From Octopus sinensis (taxonomy: Eukaryota), in contig NW_021831840.1 of assembly GCF_006345805.1 (NCBI RefSeq), positions 1 through 64,000 of the forward strand: a stretch of 64,000 nt of DNA. Direction: 5' to 3'. The notes under the pieces were generated by a model. The model was not told where the DNA came from. It saw only the letters and a list, made by a program, of their open reading frames with translations, and did not search any database. Below, in pieces: positions 39,943 to 51,282 of this stretch. A program made the position numbers and the translations under genes. The first letter of the stretch is position 1, and each line of letters opens with the position of its first letter.

Positions 39943-40750
39943 ACACCACCGGTAAGCTTCGGGTTTGCCGTATAAAGGCAAACGGGACGCAAGTTACAAC
40001 AAATATCAGCCAAGTCAACGTAGTAATCCACGTCGACAAGCTCGACCAGATCGAGTTAATTGGGTCGTCCACGACGTGCATCGTGACGTCCGGGGCAACG
40101 TGCCAACCACGAGTGCTGGCATAACCATCCGAACGAGCGCCCTCAAAACAATGAAGTGTAAGGTCATGTTGTTGTGCGAATGAACGTAACGCGGACCTGA
40201 ATTTGGAGCGAAAGCCAGAACACACAGGATGTGCGTGGCTTGTTTTGCGCGGGTTAGGTTGTTCAATGTGAAATTGACGAATGAATAGTCTTTTAATTGT
40301 TTCATTGGAATTATGCAGGATGTTAAAACGTTCACTGCAAAACATATGGACACGGGCAACAAGACCATAGTGTCGATAGCCCGTATCGTTATGATCCCAA
40401 GAACCATCATAGGCCTCAAGTGCAGGATAAGATCTTGAATAAATTTTATCCAAGATAACAATGATAATCAAAAGCACACAGAAGAACAAAAGGAGTAAAA
40501 AGCAAAAACAAAAGATAAGACATACTGATGCCCAAATGAAAGAACCGCGAGCTTTAAAAACATTTTTAAAAGTGTCGCGGATGGGTTTGAAAACAAAATC
40601 TAGCGTCAAGGTAGGTGCTCTAAAAAGTGAACGGAAAAAAGTTTTAACAGACGAAAGAGCAAAATGAGTAACATTTAGAAACCCGTTAAGACCCAAGCGC
40701 CAAACACTAGAAATTGTAAATAGCGATAATTGTTCCCTTTTCTTCAAAAC
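39943..40750 (-). pseudogene. Endogenous viral element: noda-like protein A, 5' part (membrane anchor and methyltransferase)
   Basis: Hydrophobic VCLIFCFCFLLLLFFCVLLIIIVIL, HAHPVCSGFR (40208-40240), VDVDYYVD (~40020), PVCLYTANP. Joins the 3' part in frame across the TSD. Confidence 0.82.
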
Positions 40751-42503
40751 TCAATTGTCTGGCCATAATAAGTTATTATAGCGTGCAAAATATTAATAAT
40801 TTTAAAAAAAATCACATATTTAATAACATTTACAAATAAAAAATTTTGTTCGTTTTCTATTTTGGTTCAGATTATACTTTTGCTGTAAAAAGGCGGTAAA
40901 TATATTTTTTTGCAAAAATAAAAATATTAGTTATTGTTTATATATTGTTAAAATTCTATTTAGATATTTTTTTGATTCGTTTCTTGGAAATTTTAGGAAA
41001 AATGTAGTATTCGTTTTTTATTTTGGTTTACTGTATATGACCTTTTAATAAGTGTTTAAATAGTTAAAAAATATAATTAAAATATTTAATTAATATAAAC
41101 AACACACAAAATGACCTTATTTTGTGATAAGCATTATATGATTTTTGGTTGCCCTAGTGCAGTGGTTCTCAACCTTTTTTGTCCGCGAACCCCTTGTGAG
41201 TAAATGAAAAATTTCGCGGACCCCCTAAATATTTATTAAGTTTTTTGTCAAAAAAATTTTACTTATCTAAAAACAAAATTTTTTATTAAATCAATAGAGA
41301 AAATTAGTGAGAAGGTTGATATTGTTTTTTCGAGGCAATTTTTTCAATAAGAGGCTCGGTTGTCGACAAGCAAACTTTGATGTCATCTTCAATATTCAGT
41401 CTTGCGCGATGATTATTTTTTATATTGAGAAGTGCTGAGAAGCCATGTTCGCATAAATATGTTGTCGGGAATATAAGCAACAAATTTAATGCATTTGCGC
41501 TTACAAAAGGATAATGCTTACACATTTCGCACCAAAATCTTGATAAAGCAAGTTTTTCATACAAATCTCTTGCATTTGAATTATTGATCATGTCAATAAA
41601 AGCCTCTTCGATATTTTCATCGACCAAACGTGGATCAACACTGAATGGTGTACGAATGTATTTCAAATCAATTTCGTTCAATTCTGGAAAATATTTATTT
41701 ACTTCTTGTTGAAGATATGTAAAATGTGCATAAATAAGTTCGGTTATTTTTTTGATTTCAAATGCATCTATATTTACAGATTGTTCTTCAAAAGATTCAA
41801 ACATAGTAAAATTATTTGGTTTTACTTTTTCTTCCACAGTGTTAACTTCATCAAAAAAGCACTAATAATTAATATGAAACAGTTAACAAACTTAATTTTA
41901 TCCACAAAATCAATTATTGTTTCATGTCTTCCCTGAAGCGATTTGTTGAGTGAATTTATACGAGAAAAGACATCTCTCAAGTAAGCAAGTTTAGATAGCC
42001 ATGAACTATCCATTAATTTCGAAATAAATTCCGATGATTTGGAATTGTTTTCGGAATAAAATATTCAGATAATTCATTCCTCAAAGAAAAAACTCTGGCA
42101 AGAATGTTTCCCCGAGATAGCCATCTCACCTCAGTGTGGAATAACAAAGCCTTTCCATCCTTTTCAAATTCTTCGCAAATAAGTCTGAAGCACTCTTTTT
42201 AATATAATTTATGATATGTACGACATCATCGAGAACATATCTTAAATCTGAAGGTAATGTTTTCGCAGCAAGTGCATATCGATGTAGCATACAATGCATA
42301 TGTTTCGTTTCCTAGTTAGCAAGTCTAACTTGGCCTCTAAGTGACAAAAGTCACCGTCCGCTGAATGGACCACGCCGTTGAGTGGACCGACAACTTTTTA
42401 TTAAAATAAAAATGTAAATTATATGAAATAGATGACAATCGAATTATTTTAAGTTAATAGATAATATTATAACTAATAAAAAATAATTATTTCAATTTTC
42501 CAC

Positions 42504-43866
42504 ATGGTTTTAGTGAAGCTTTTTTTGGAAGAATTAGAACAAATTAAGGATTATCTTAATTCTGATCGCGATCCAAAATCTTTCAAAGATGTCGACAAGA
42601 AAAAAAGATACAGACTAAGAAAAATTTCGAATCTATTCCGCTTTAAAGACGGAAAAACTTACATCTTACATGAAGATACTGAACGTCGTTTTTTTGCGGT
42701 CGAGGAATATGAGCTAAAGCTAAAACACATCGAGGTTAGCTATTGTTAAACATGGTCAGTCAGAACATAATATGGATCACTTTGGACGAGATCGTCTATT
42801 CGACAAACTTCGTAATCGTTATTACGATGTTACCCGATCCGAAGTTGCTCAGATTGTGTCAAAATGTTCATTTTGTCAGGTATTTTTTGATCTATATTTG
42901 TTAGTCAAAGAAATTGATGGCTACAAAGCCTCAAATAACTCCAATAATCGCTAAGAGACCTCGTGACAGATACATCGCTGATTTGATAGATCTTAGACGT
43001 TACTCCTCTCTAAATGATTCTTTTTGCTGGGTATTACATTAGATTTATATTTTTAGATTTTAGTAATTATAGACTCTTTTTCCAAGTATGTTGTTGTGGA
43101 AATGGCAAAAACGAAGACAGCTGAAGAAATAACAAGTCTATTCCAGCGAGCGTTTTATTATATTGGTAAGTCCATTCCAATAAGTGTTCTATTAGGGCCT
43201 CCGGTCATTTTGCACACGGACAATGGTAAGGAATTTAAGAATACCGCTATGGATGAATTATGCGAAAAGTATTCAATAAAACATGTTTTCGGCAGAGCAA
43301 GAGCTCCATGGATCCAGGGCCAAGTTGAAAGGTTTAAAAGTTATCGTTAAAGAAATAGATTTAATCAAACGATTAAAAGATGGATTTCTTCCGCAAGTGG
43401 GTCACGTGAGCAATTCGGACGTTATCTGGACATTCTTAATAACATTGTATTTAATTACAACTCCACTGTTCATGAGACAACTAAGAAGATTCCTTTTTAT
43501 TTGTTCATGGGCCAGAAAAACCCTCAAGACATTCCAGAAAAAGACCGAAATGATTTGCTTGGATATGAAGACCAAGAGGAAATTTTAAATGCGCGAAAAG
43601 TTGCTTATGACAACATTCTTATGGCAGCGGACAAAATGATAAAGAGACGAAAGTGGAAATACGACGAAGATGCGATAATTGAGGGAGATCGGGTGATTTT
43701 AAGAACTGATTCGGACGCAAATCGACCAAAGCTCCCTTTATATGATGGACTAGATACTATACTCTATTCTGTCAAAACCGTCAATGGAGATATCTATGTT
43801 CTAGAAGACGATACAGGGAACATTATTACTGACGTGCATGTTTCAAGATTAAAAAAGCTTAGCTGA
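42504..43866 (+). CDS. Intact Gypsy-like integrase/transposase (409 aa after removing five GT-AG introns of 25, 25, 26, 30 and 27 nt)
   Basis: Manual splicing gives a stop-free frame with HHCC (EHNMDH..CSFC), D (ADLID), D (HTDNG), 35 residues, then E (GQVER). Confidence 0.88.
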
Positions 43867-44024
43867 CTTTATTTTAGAAATTTTTTGTTACGAATATAAA
43901 GTTCAAAATCTGGTTGATTTTTAAAAACAAAGCTTTGTAAAGTTAGGGCTTAATAGGGGTTATGTCAAGTTAGAGCTGGTTTTAATAATTAGGATTTAGT
44001 AAAAGTTTGAAATTAATTGGATTG

Positions 44025-44175
44025 GTTACAATTAGGGTTAGGGTTGGTTACGTTAAGCCTTAGGGTTTGGTTAGGGTTGGGGTTAGGGTTGGTTACGTTA
44101 AGCGTTAGGGTTTGGTTAGGGTTAGGGTTGGATTGGTTACAATTAGGGTTAGGGTTTGGTTAGGGTTAGAGTTGG
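44025..44175 (+). repeat. Degenerate telomere-like (TTAGGG)n patch inside the Ginger element
   Basis: About 11 TTAGGG units mixed with TTGG, TTTGG and GTTACG variants, with higher-order duplication. Confidence 0.9.
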
Positions 44176-44959
44176 CTTTTAGAATTACGATGATATTGTT
44201 AATTTAACTTAGTAGTTTTTTTAAATAAAAGTAATTTTTTAATTAATTTGTAATGGATAACCACTAAAATTAATAAAAATACGTTAATTAATCAATATTC
44301 TTTTTAATTGATGGGTTTGTTGGTTTTGTACATATCTAATTTTTTCAGAAGTCACGAAAACCATTAAAAATAGCTTTAAGATGGGACTTAGAAAAAATTA
44401 AGACATATTTTATACGGATAGAATTAATAAAAATGACATTTTGAAATTGGTCCATTCAACGGCGTGGTCCATTCAGCGGACGGTGACATTATATATTAAT
44501 TTAAAATTGTTATCATTAAATAGAAACATTTAAATAAAGTTTCAGAAAAATCTCGCGGACCCCCTGGAATCTTTCGCGGACCCCAGGTTGAGAACCACTG
44601 CCCTAGTGATTACTTAACGATTGTTGTGAATACATGCATATTGTGGTTCATATTTTTTATCAGTTCAATTTTTAAATGTAATTTTTTTTTTCGTTTATGT
44701 CACCTTGATTCATATAATTGCATTTTCTTCAACATTAAATTCATAACCCCCATCAGGATTATTTTTTGAAATTAACGTGAATGTGACGGATAGTATCCGG
44801 CAGATTTCCTTGGAGCAGTTGATTTATCAGACAACTAATTGATTTGAGCAGACGTGTACCGGATTCACCAGCGGTGTGGGCAATTAGGTCCTTCAGATGC
44901 CCCTCGCTAAGTTTAGAATCGATCACTTTGGGTAAGCGAAGTTGTTGGGCATTTTGTTC

Positions 44960-45780
44960 GTTAAGTCCTTTATTTTAATACTAGCCCCAACCCTAATTTA
45001 TCTCCAACTTTAATCATAAAATAATGATTTTTAGATTAGTACTATTAAAGAATCTTAGTAAGAATTATTTTTTATAAACAAAAACATTAATCAATTTTAT
45101 AAAGTCTTACGACAAATCCTTCATCTTGAATATCAAAATTCATATTTTCTCTGGCAATAACTTTATATTTTTTCATATCAATTTGATCATATAATGGATA
45201 ATTTCTATTCCGTGAATTAGCATCAATATCTTGCCGTAATAGAACATTATCCCCCACCTTAATCCGCATTATAACACGTGATAAACAACCTCAATGTCGT
45301 TTTCGTCGAATTTCCATTTCCGTTTGTTTTTCATTTTTTCTCCTGCTATCGTTAGATTCTCGTATGTTGATAACAAATTTTTTGCAATATTTTCATCATC
45401 AGTTACTTCATTTTCAACAAATTGAATTTCAGCATCTTCTCCATTAAACGCGCAGAGAGCTTCCATTTCTTCATCACTTGGTGCATAAATGCCTCTTACT
45501 GCCATAAAGATATTGAAAGGAATATGCTTTGTTGTTGCATGTCGTGAACGATTATAGTCGTAAACAATTCCTTATAATATCTTTATAGACGCCAAAAGTT
45601 CGCGTCTTCAATACAAAAAAATCGTAGTTTTAGGCCATTTTTTCGTATATAAATTTTTCCATCAGCAAAAGAAAATTGAAAATACGCTTGCGGTCCTAGC
45701 AAAAACCGGTGACATTCGCATAGAGAAGTAGATTTGTCCGAGGTCAAAAGAAATAAATATAGAACACATTTATTTGATTT
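44960..45780 (-). mobile_element. Ginger-like element, internally deleted (N-terminus joined to C-terminus)
   Basis: KHIPFNIFMAVRG..KRKWKFDE..GDNVLLRQDIDAN..PLYD, homologous to 43501-43866. TTAGGGTTGGGG follows the stop. Confidence 0.72.
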
Positions 45781-45783
45781 AAG

Positions 45784-46827
45784 ATGAGTGCACAAAAAGA
45801 ACAAGGTGAAAAACAATTTGAAGAAAAATCGTATGAACAGATTAAAACCATAAGTGCGCTGAGCAAACTCTTTGAGGAAAAGGTGCTTAAGGCCAACTTA
45901 AATGACCAGGAGAAGAGGGAGGTGTGGAAAGAGCTTGTTAAAAGGAAAGATGACTATGTCATTGGGAGAGCTACATCCATCCTTTCAAAGCAATATGGCA
46001 AGGCTGTTCAGTACCTATTTGAAGAAGCGGACTACAGTGATATGACTGTCGTCTTTGATCCGAAGGATACATCATATCAGGAAGATATGACACGCTTGTA
46101 TCGGCAAACTCACACCATTGATGAGAAAGATGAGATCAATAAAGGTGACGCAGCACTCAACTGCTTTGATAGGGCTATAGTTCGATTCCGCGGCACCTCG
46201 TTTGGAAATGACATAGAACATTTTAAAGATTAGTTTGAAAAGAACATAATTCATAACAATTATACCTACATGTACCCAATTGAGGAGATTTCTTTGCAGG
46301 ACATCGAGTTCTACTGAGTGTTGAGAAGCATCAGTACATTACACTATCATGCAATAAATAAATACTTATCTAATAGGACAAAGCAAGAACACAACGTGTG
46401 GCTTAGAAACAAGTCTGTTAATCTAGGTCCACAAAGAATTCTCGTTTAGAGGATATAATAAAGGAGTCAAAAAGACGAAAGGGAAATTATGTGGTATATA
46501 AGAATAGCAGAATCGATAAGAACGTGACAGACTACAACGATATGTCTTTCATGTACTGCCCAGATTACTCTGATGATGTCAGGACAACTGAGTTAGTTGT
46601 TAGTACAGCGTTGGAGTCTTTGATCCCGAAAAAATATGCCCAGCCTGCAAAATGAAGCAGAGAGATTATCCAAGTTGAGAACCTTAAGTTCAGAGGTTCA
46701 AATTGATGAGCGGGTTAAAAATGATCCGAACACTCGTAAGGTTCTGTTTAATGGGACAGCCTATTATACAAACTTACCTGTAAAGGTTGAAGAGGGCGCA
46801 TATGCTGTAGATTACTCGCTTTTCTGA
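45784..46827 (+). pseudogene. Orphan intronless ~340-aa degraded ORF, unassigned (possibly viral)
   Basis: 149-aa ORF continues through two stops and two frameshifts into 46636-46827. No recognizable motif. Confidence 0.4.
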
Positions 46828-47039
46828 ATAAATTGTTAAAAGACCTACTACTAACCTACAATAAACATCGATGACTGTTAAAATCCATTTGTAATTATTA
46901 TTTAAGACTGAAAACGTTTTTAGATCTACAAAATCTAGCTGAAATTTTTCATTCGGAGAAGAAGCAAAAATATGATGATTTAAAATCAATTAATTAAGTT
47001 AATGAAAAAGTTAAAAGTGATATTAAACTAATTAAACGA

Positions 47040-47790
47040 ATTTCCAGCTCAATAGACCATACTCTTCTTTGCCCCAACACGGACAACCTTGACCGGTCTC
47101 CAAACTTCTTTTAGGCAATTTAAAGGATCATTCTTCTTTTCCCGGATGAGAAGACTTTCATCAGGTTCCAATTCATAGTTCCATCGCTCTTCCTCTCGAT
47201 TAATGTTATTATAGGAGTAGGACTCTTTTTCAAATGCTCCCGTCATTAAGTCGGTTTCGTCGAGTTTCTGATTTATGTTGTTATCAAGGAAAGTTATATT
47301 TTCTTCAAAACCGTCGTCCTCTTGGAACATCATTCCATGTTTATAATCGATGCACATACTTTCAAGAGTCTTCTTCATGATAATAGTTTGGATGTATGCT
47401 CTTACAGGGTACTCAATTTTCAGACCATTCTGGTATTGTTTGTAGTATTTACTGACAATGGCATCCCACGTTAATACTATGGGTACTATATTCACTTTTG
47501 CTTTGTGGATTAAAGCCAATTCACTTGCTAAGAGATCATACTTGTGGGATTTTTCGACTTAGACTATTTTAAGAATTTGTTTCGAAGTTATTCCAATTTC
47601 GATTAGTGTAATCGTATTCTTAATTTTATCCCACATGAAAATGTCGGGCTTGTTGTTATGAACGTGTGTGTCAGTACTTATAGTAGTATCGACTCTGATC
47701 TCAACTGCTTCATTTGCAACTATAAACTGGACTGAATGGGTCTTCAATCTTTTTGACCTTTTTATTCCATACTGTCACCAACCTACATTA
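47040..47790 (-). mobile_element. R4/Dong-like REL 3' fragment
   Basis: EIRVDTTI..NNKPDIF..LIEIGITS..KYDLLASEL..PIVLTWD..KTLESM. Confidence 0.85.
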
Positions 47791-48193
47791 AAAATTAAAA
47801 AGAATTAACACTTTCAATGGACAGGCAAATTTACATACTTCACAATTTCGAATGACTTTTCTGATTGTCATTTTTAAAAATGAAGTATCTTTGTCGAAAT
47901 TCATATTCAATCTTGTTTACTCCTCCGTGTGAATATTTGAGATACAATCTGCGCATTAATCGTAAATCTAGAGTACCTTTCATTGATTATTGTAAAATTC
48001 TCAATTTTTTTTACAAGTCTATATTTTGCTTGCCTAGAAAAATCTTCCGGGAATTTATTTTTCAAAGCATCTTTTAAAATTTGATACTTTGAAGAACTTT
48101 TGACATAGCCTTTATAAGAAGCCATTATAAGAAACAAATCTAGCACGCTAAAAATTTTCCAATAAGTTTAGGTTTACCAACATTTAAAAAATA

Positions 48194-49232
48194 GAGTCTG
48201 TTATGCAACGTGCTACTATCTCGATGTGTGCTCTACCTGGACAACAAGAAACTAACAATATTATTAATAATAAAATACCTAGAGCAGGATGGACAACCGC
48301 ATCGGAGAAACAGACGTCCGATGGCAAGAACATCGTCTTTGCCATTGCAGAAGGGATCGAGTGCACGACCCGGGAGGACTGGGTTAAATCCGCCCTTTCA
48401 TAAGTGTTGGGAAGAGCTTCCAGGATGCCCAGAAATGGGTGGCCTACCCTTCATCAGTGTTTCAATCGACGCTTTAGCTCGAACCTATCGTTAGATGCAC
48501 TGAAGAAGCTGGCCAAGACCCCTCCTCCTGGCTCGCGGGGGAGGACTGCCGCTGCGGTTACGCCGTCAGGATGCCCCCCGTGTTCTGAACAACACGAGCA
48601 CCAGAGTAGTGAGTTATCGCTACTCTTGCAGGTTAAGGAGATATTTAGTAGGCATATCTCTGCGAATCGTGTTGTCCCCCTTGCGGACCGCAGAGTGACC
48701 CGAAAGATATTTCGGTGGCAACTCAGAAGTGACGTGATGGGTTGCATCAATCGTGCCATAGCTTACGCGATCGTGCGTAAGCTCCGGAGACAATGGACGA
48801 GATTTCTCTCTATTTGTACTCGGCACAGACAACCTATGATGAAATCACTCAGAGGCCTGCCCCAAAGAGTAGATGGAGAGAAAACATTGCCGCCAAAAGT
48901 AGCCGCAAGGAAAGCCGAGCTGGAAGCGCTGATGGGCACATTTGAATGTGAGCAATGGGGTCAAGGGCAAGACTCCCCCTTGGTGCGTACTTTACTTCGT
49001 CGGGAACGAGCTGCCAAATGGGACCTCAACGAGTTGAGGCGTGTCCGGGCAGAGAGGGAGGAGCTGATTCTCGTTTATCAGAAGAAGCTCTCAACTCATG
49101 AGTCTCCGGTGTCAGCGCAGGCGGGAGAACAACCTGTTTGAATTTAATCGCAGGTCGTTCTATCGTCGGTTGCACGGAGAGACGAAGGAGGGTACCCAGC
49201 AAAAGGCCGAAAGCTTGACACATGGGGGAGTA
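48194..49232 (+). mobile_element. LINE ORF1 (gag-like) fragment between 103-bp direct repeats
   Basis: Degenerate knuckles QCFNRRF..CPPCSEQH in a GC-richer block. Repeats at 48091-48193 and 51287-51389. Confidence 0.45.
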
Positions 49233-49240
49233 TGTGGAAG

Positions 49241-51282
49241 CAGGGTGTTAGATTTAAATCATTTGATTTAATCAACAATAAAAATCAATGATTTAAATCA
49301 TTAAAAAAATCAAAAAAATCATTTAAATTTTTTTAAATGTCTGGAAGAAAGCGTGATTCTTTGTGGGCTTATTTTGATAAACGTATTATTCTGGAAAGAC
49401 CGGAAGCCGTGCCAGATGTCGTAATTGTGGGAAGGACATACAAGGTCTTGTATCTCGGATGAGGCAGCATCATTTATTATGTCGAAGTAATATTGATATC
49501 CTGAAAATATGCGAGACCTGAAAGCGAATTTCCTCCAAGGATGAAGGACCATTCATTAATCAATTCGTAACTACGACGACTTCATTAAGAAAGATTTGAT
49601 GGATCTGCAACTCGCTAGATACATATTTTCTACAAACACTCCGTTTGCTGCTGTAGAACATCCCGAATTTGTCAAATTCGTCCAAATGCTTCTTCCTGGG
49701 TATCGTTTACCCTCTCGTCATCAAATTGGTGGTACATTACTTGATCATGTGTACGACCAAATACATGAAGACTGTCGACAAAGACTCCAGGACAAAACAG
49801 TGTCTATGATGTTGGACGGGTGGAGCAACATTCATAATGAACCCGTTATTTGTGTCTCGGTTGTGACATCAGATGGGGAAAAATTATCTCATTGACACTG
49901 TGGACACTTCTGGATATAGCCACACTGCGGAATATCTTCAATCTGTTGCTTTAGCCTCCGCACAATTGGCTGAACAACGGTTTGGATGTAAAATCGGCAG
50001 TCTTGTAACGGATAATGCTGCCAACATGACTAAAATGAGACGGATAATGATGGAAGATGGCAATGAAATAATTACTTATGGTTGCTCGGCACATTATCTC
50101 AACCTTCTTGTGAAGGATGTCGAGGTAGCGGACGTTAAAGGAACTATTGTAACAATCAATAAATATTTCCGAAACGTCCATCTTCCAGCTGCATGGTACA
50201 AATCTAATGGAGGAAAAAAAACTCGTTCTTCCGATTGATGTACGGTGGAACACTTTATCAGAGTGTTTTCAATCTTATCTGGATAATTGGTCTATTATTT
50301 TGAGAACTTGTGAGGAACACAGAACGGATATTGATACAGAGATTTTTCCAAGGTCCAAAATCTTTCCCTAAAACGACGCGTTGAAGAATATCTGATGCTT
50401 ATTAAACCAATTGCTGTCGCTTTAGATAAAATTCAGATGATTCTACCACGATTAGTCATGCTGTAGAAATTTGGAAGAACTTGAACAGACATATATTGAC
50501 AATGGATGTACGAATATTTTGGAAAAGTGAGAATTCGAGCAAAACAAGCATTAACACCTTTCCACTACTTGCGAATTTGATCGACCCGACATGTAGGGGA
50601 AATCTCTTTCAAATGTTGAGATTGACATTGCATTGAGTTATTGTGCTCAAAATTATGAATATGCACTTCCGACTCTGATTAATTTCAGAGCAAAAGCTGA
50701 TCATTTAAACAATACATGTTTGCTCCGAATTTATTGAGTAAAGTATCACCTATAGCTTGGTGGGAGTCGAATTCATACCAGTTACCTTCACAAGTAATTT
50801 CACTATGCAAAAAAATTCTTGGAGCAGTTGCTTCGACAGGTGGAATAGAAAGAATCTTTTCAACATTCGGATTTTACATTCAAATGTACGCAATAGGCTG
50901 GGGATCGAAAGCAGCCCAAACTTGTTTCCATTTACAAGCTTTTAAATAAATAAAAACGATTTCCATTGTTTTTGTTTTTTATTTTAGTTCGCTTGGAAAT
51001 ATTTTTTTATTTATTAACCCGAAGACCACAAAGAAAGAAAGCGTAATGCAAACTAGTTAAGTGATCCCGGTGGACATAAGGAACTACGATAGATCGTTCT
51101 GCGTGGCCGTTTTCAGTGTTTATGTACAAAGAGAGAGGTTCTCTGACTAAGTGGAAAGGGTCGTTTTGAAATAAAGATCATTTAATTCAAAAAAATCTGA
51201 TTTAAATCAAAAATCGTGATTTAAATCAAAAAAAAATCAATTTTTTTGATTTTTTTGAAAAAAATCATGATTTCCAACCCTG
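49241..51282 (+). mobile_element. hAT (ZBED-like, BED finger) element with disrupted transposase
   Basis: CAGGGT..ACCCTG ends, 8-bp TSD TGTGGAAG (49233-49240, 51283-51290), GATTTAAATC repeats, LDGWSN, VTDNAANM, CSAHYLNLL, IERIFS. Confidence 0.92.

Larger units (their letters stand above)
42349..44488 (+). mobile_element. Ginger2/TDD-type DNA transposon, ~2.14 kb
   Basis: ~40-bp TIRs (A/T)GTCACCGTCCGCTGAATGGACCACGCCGTTGA.TGGACC at 42349 and ending at 44488. No TSD found. Confidence 0.88.
41160..44600 (-). mobile_element. hAT Buster-type element, 5' coding part deleted, with a nested Ginger element
   Basis: 15-bp TIR CAGTGGTTCTCAACC, 8-bp TSD CCCTAGTG (41152-41159, 44601-44608), GCGGACCCC subterminal motifs, HCMLHRYALA, RWLSRG, FPTTYLCEHGFS. 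Confidence 0.93.

Noticed and set aside
39492-40031. 179-aa ORF as a complete LINE ORF1
   Set aside because: It is a chance in-frame fusion of viral DYYVDL..TGG with the truncated ORF1 at the TSD.
42504-43866. Gypsy LTR retrotransposon or Polinton integrase
   Set aside because: Contains introns and TIRs; no RT, RNase H, gag, LTR, polB or capsid genes nearby.
44025-44175. True telomere or chromosome-fusion scar
   Set aside because: Short, degenerate, in one orientation only, and enclosed within element TIRs.
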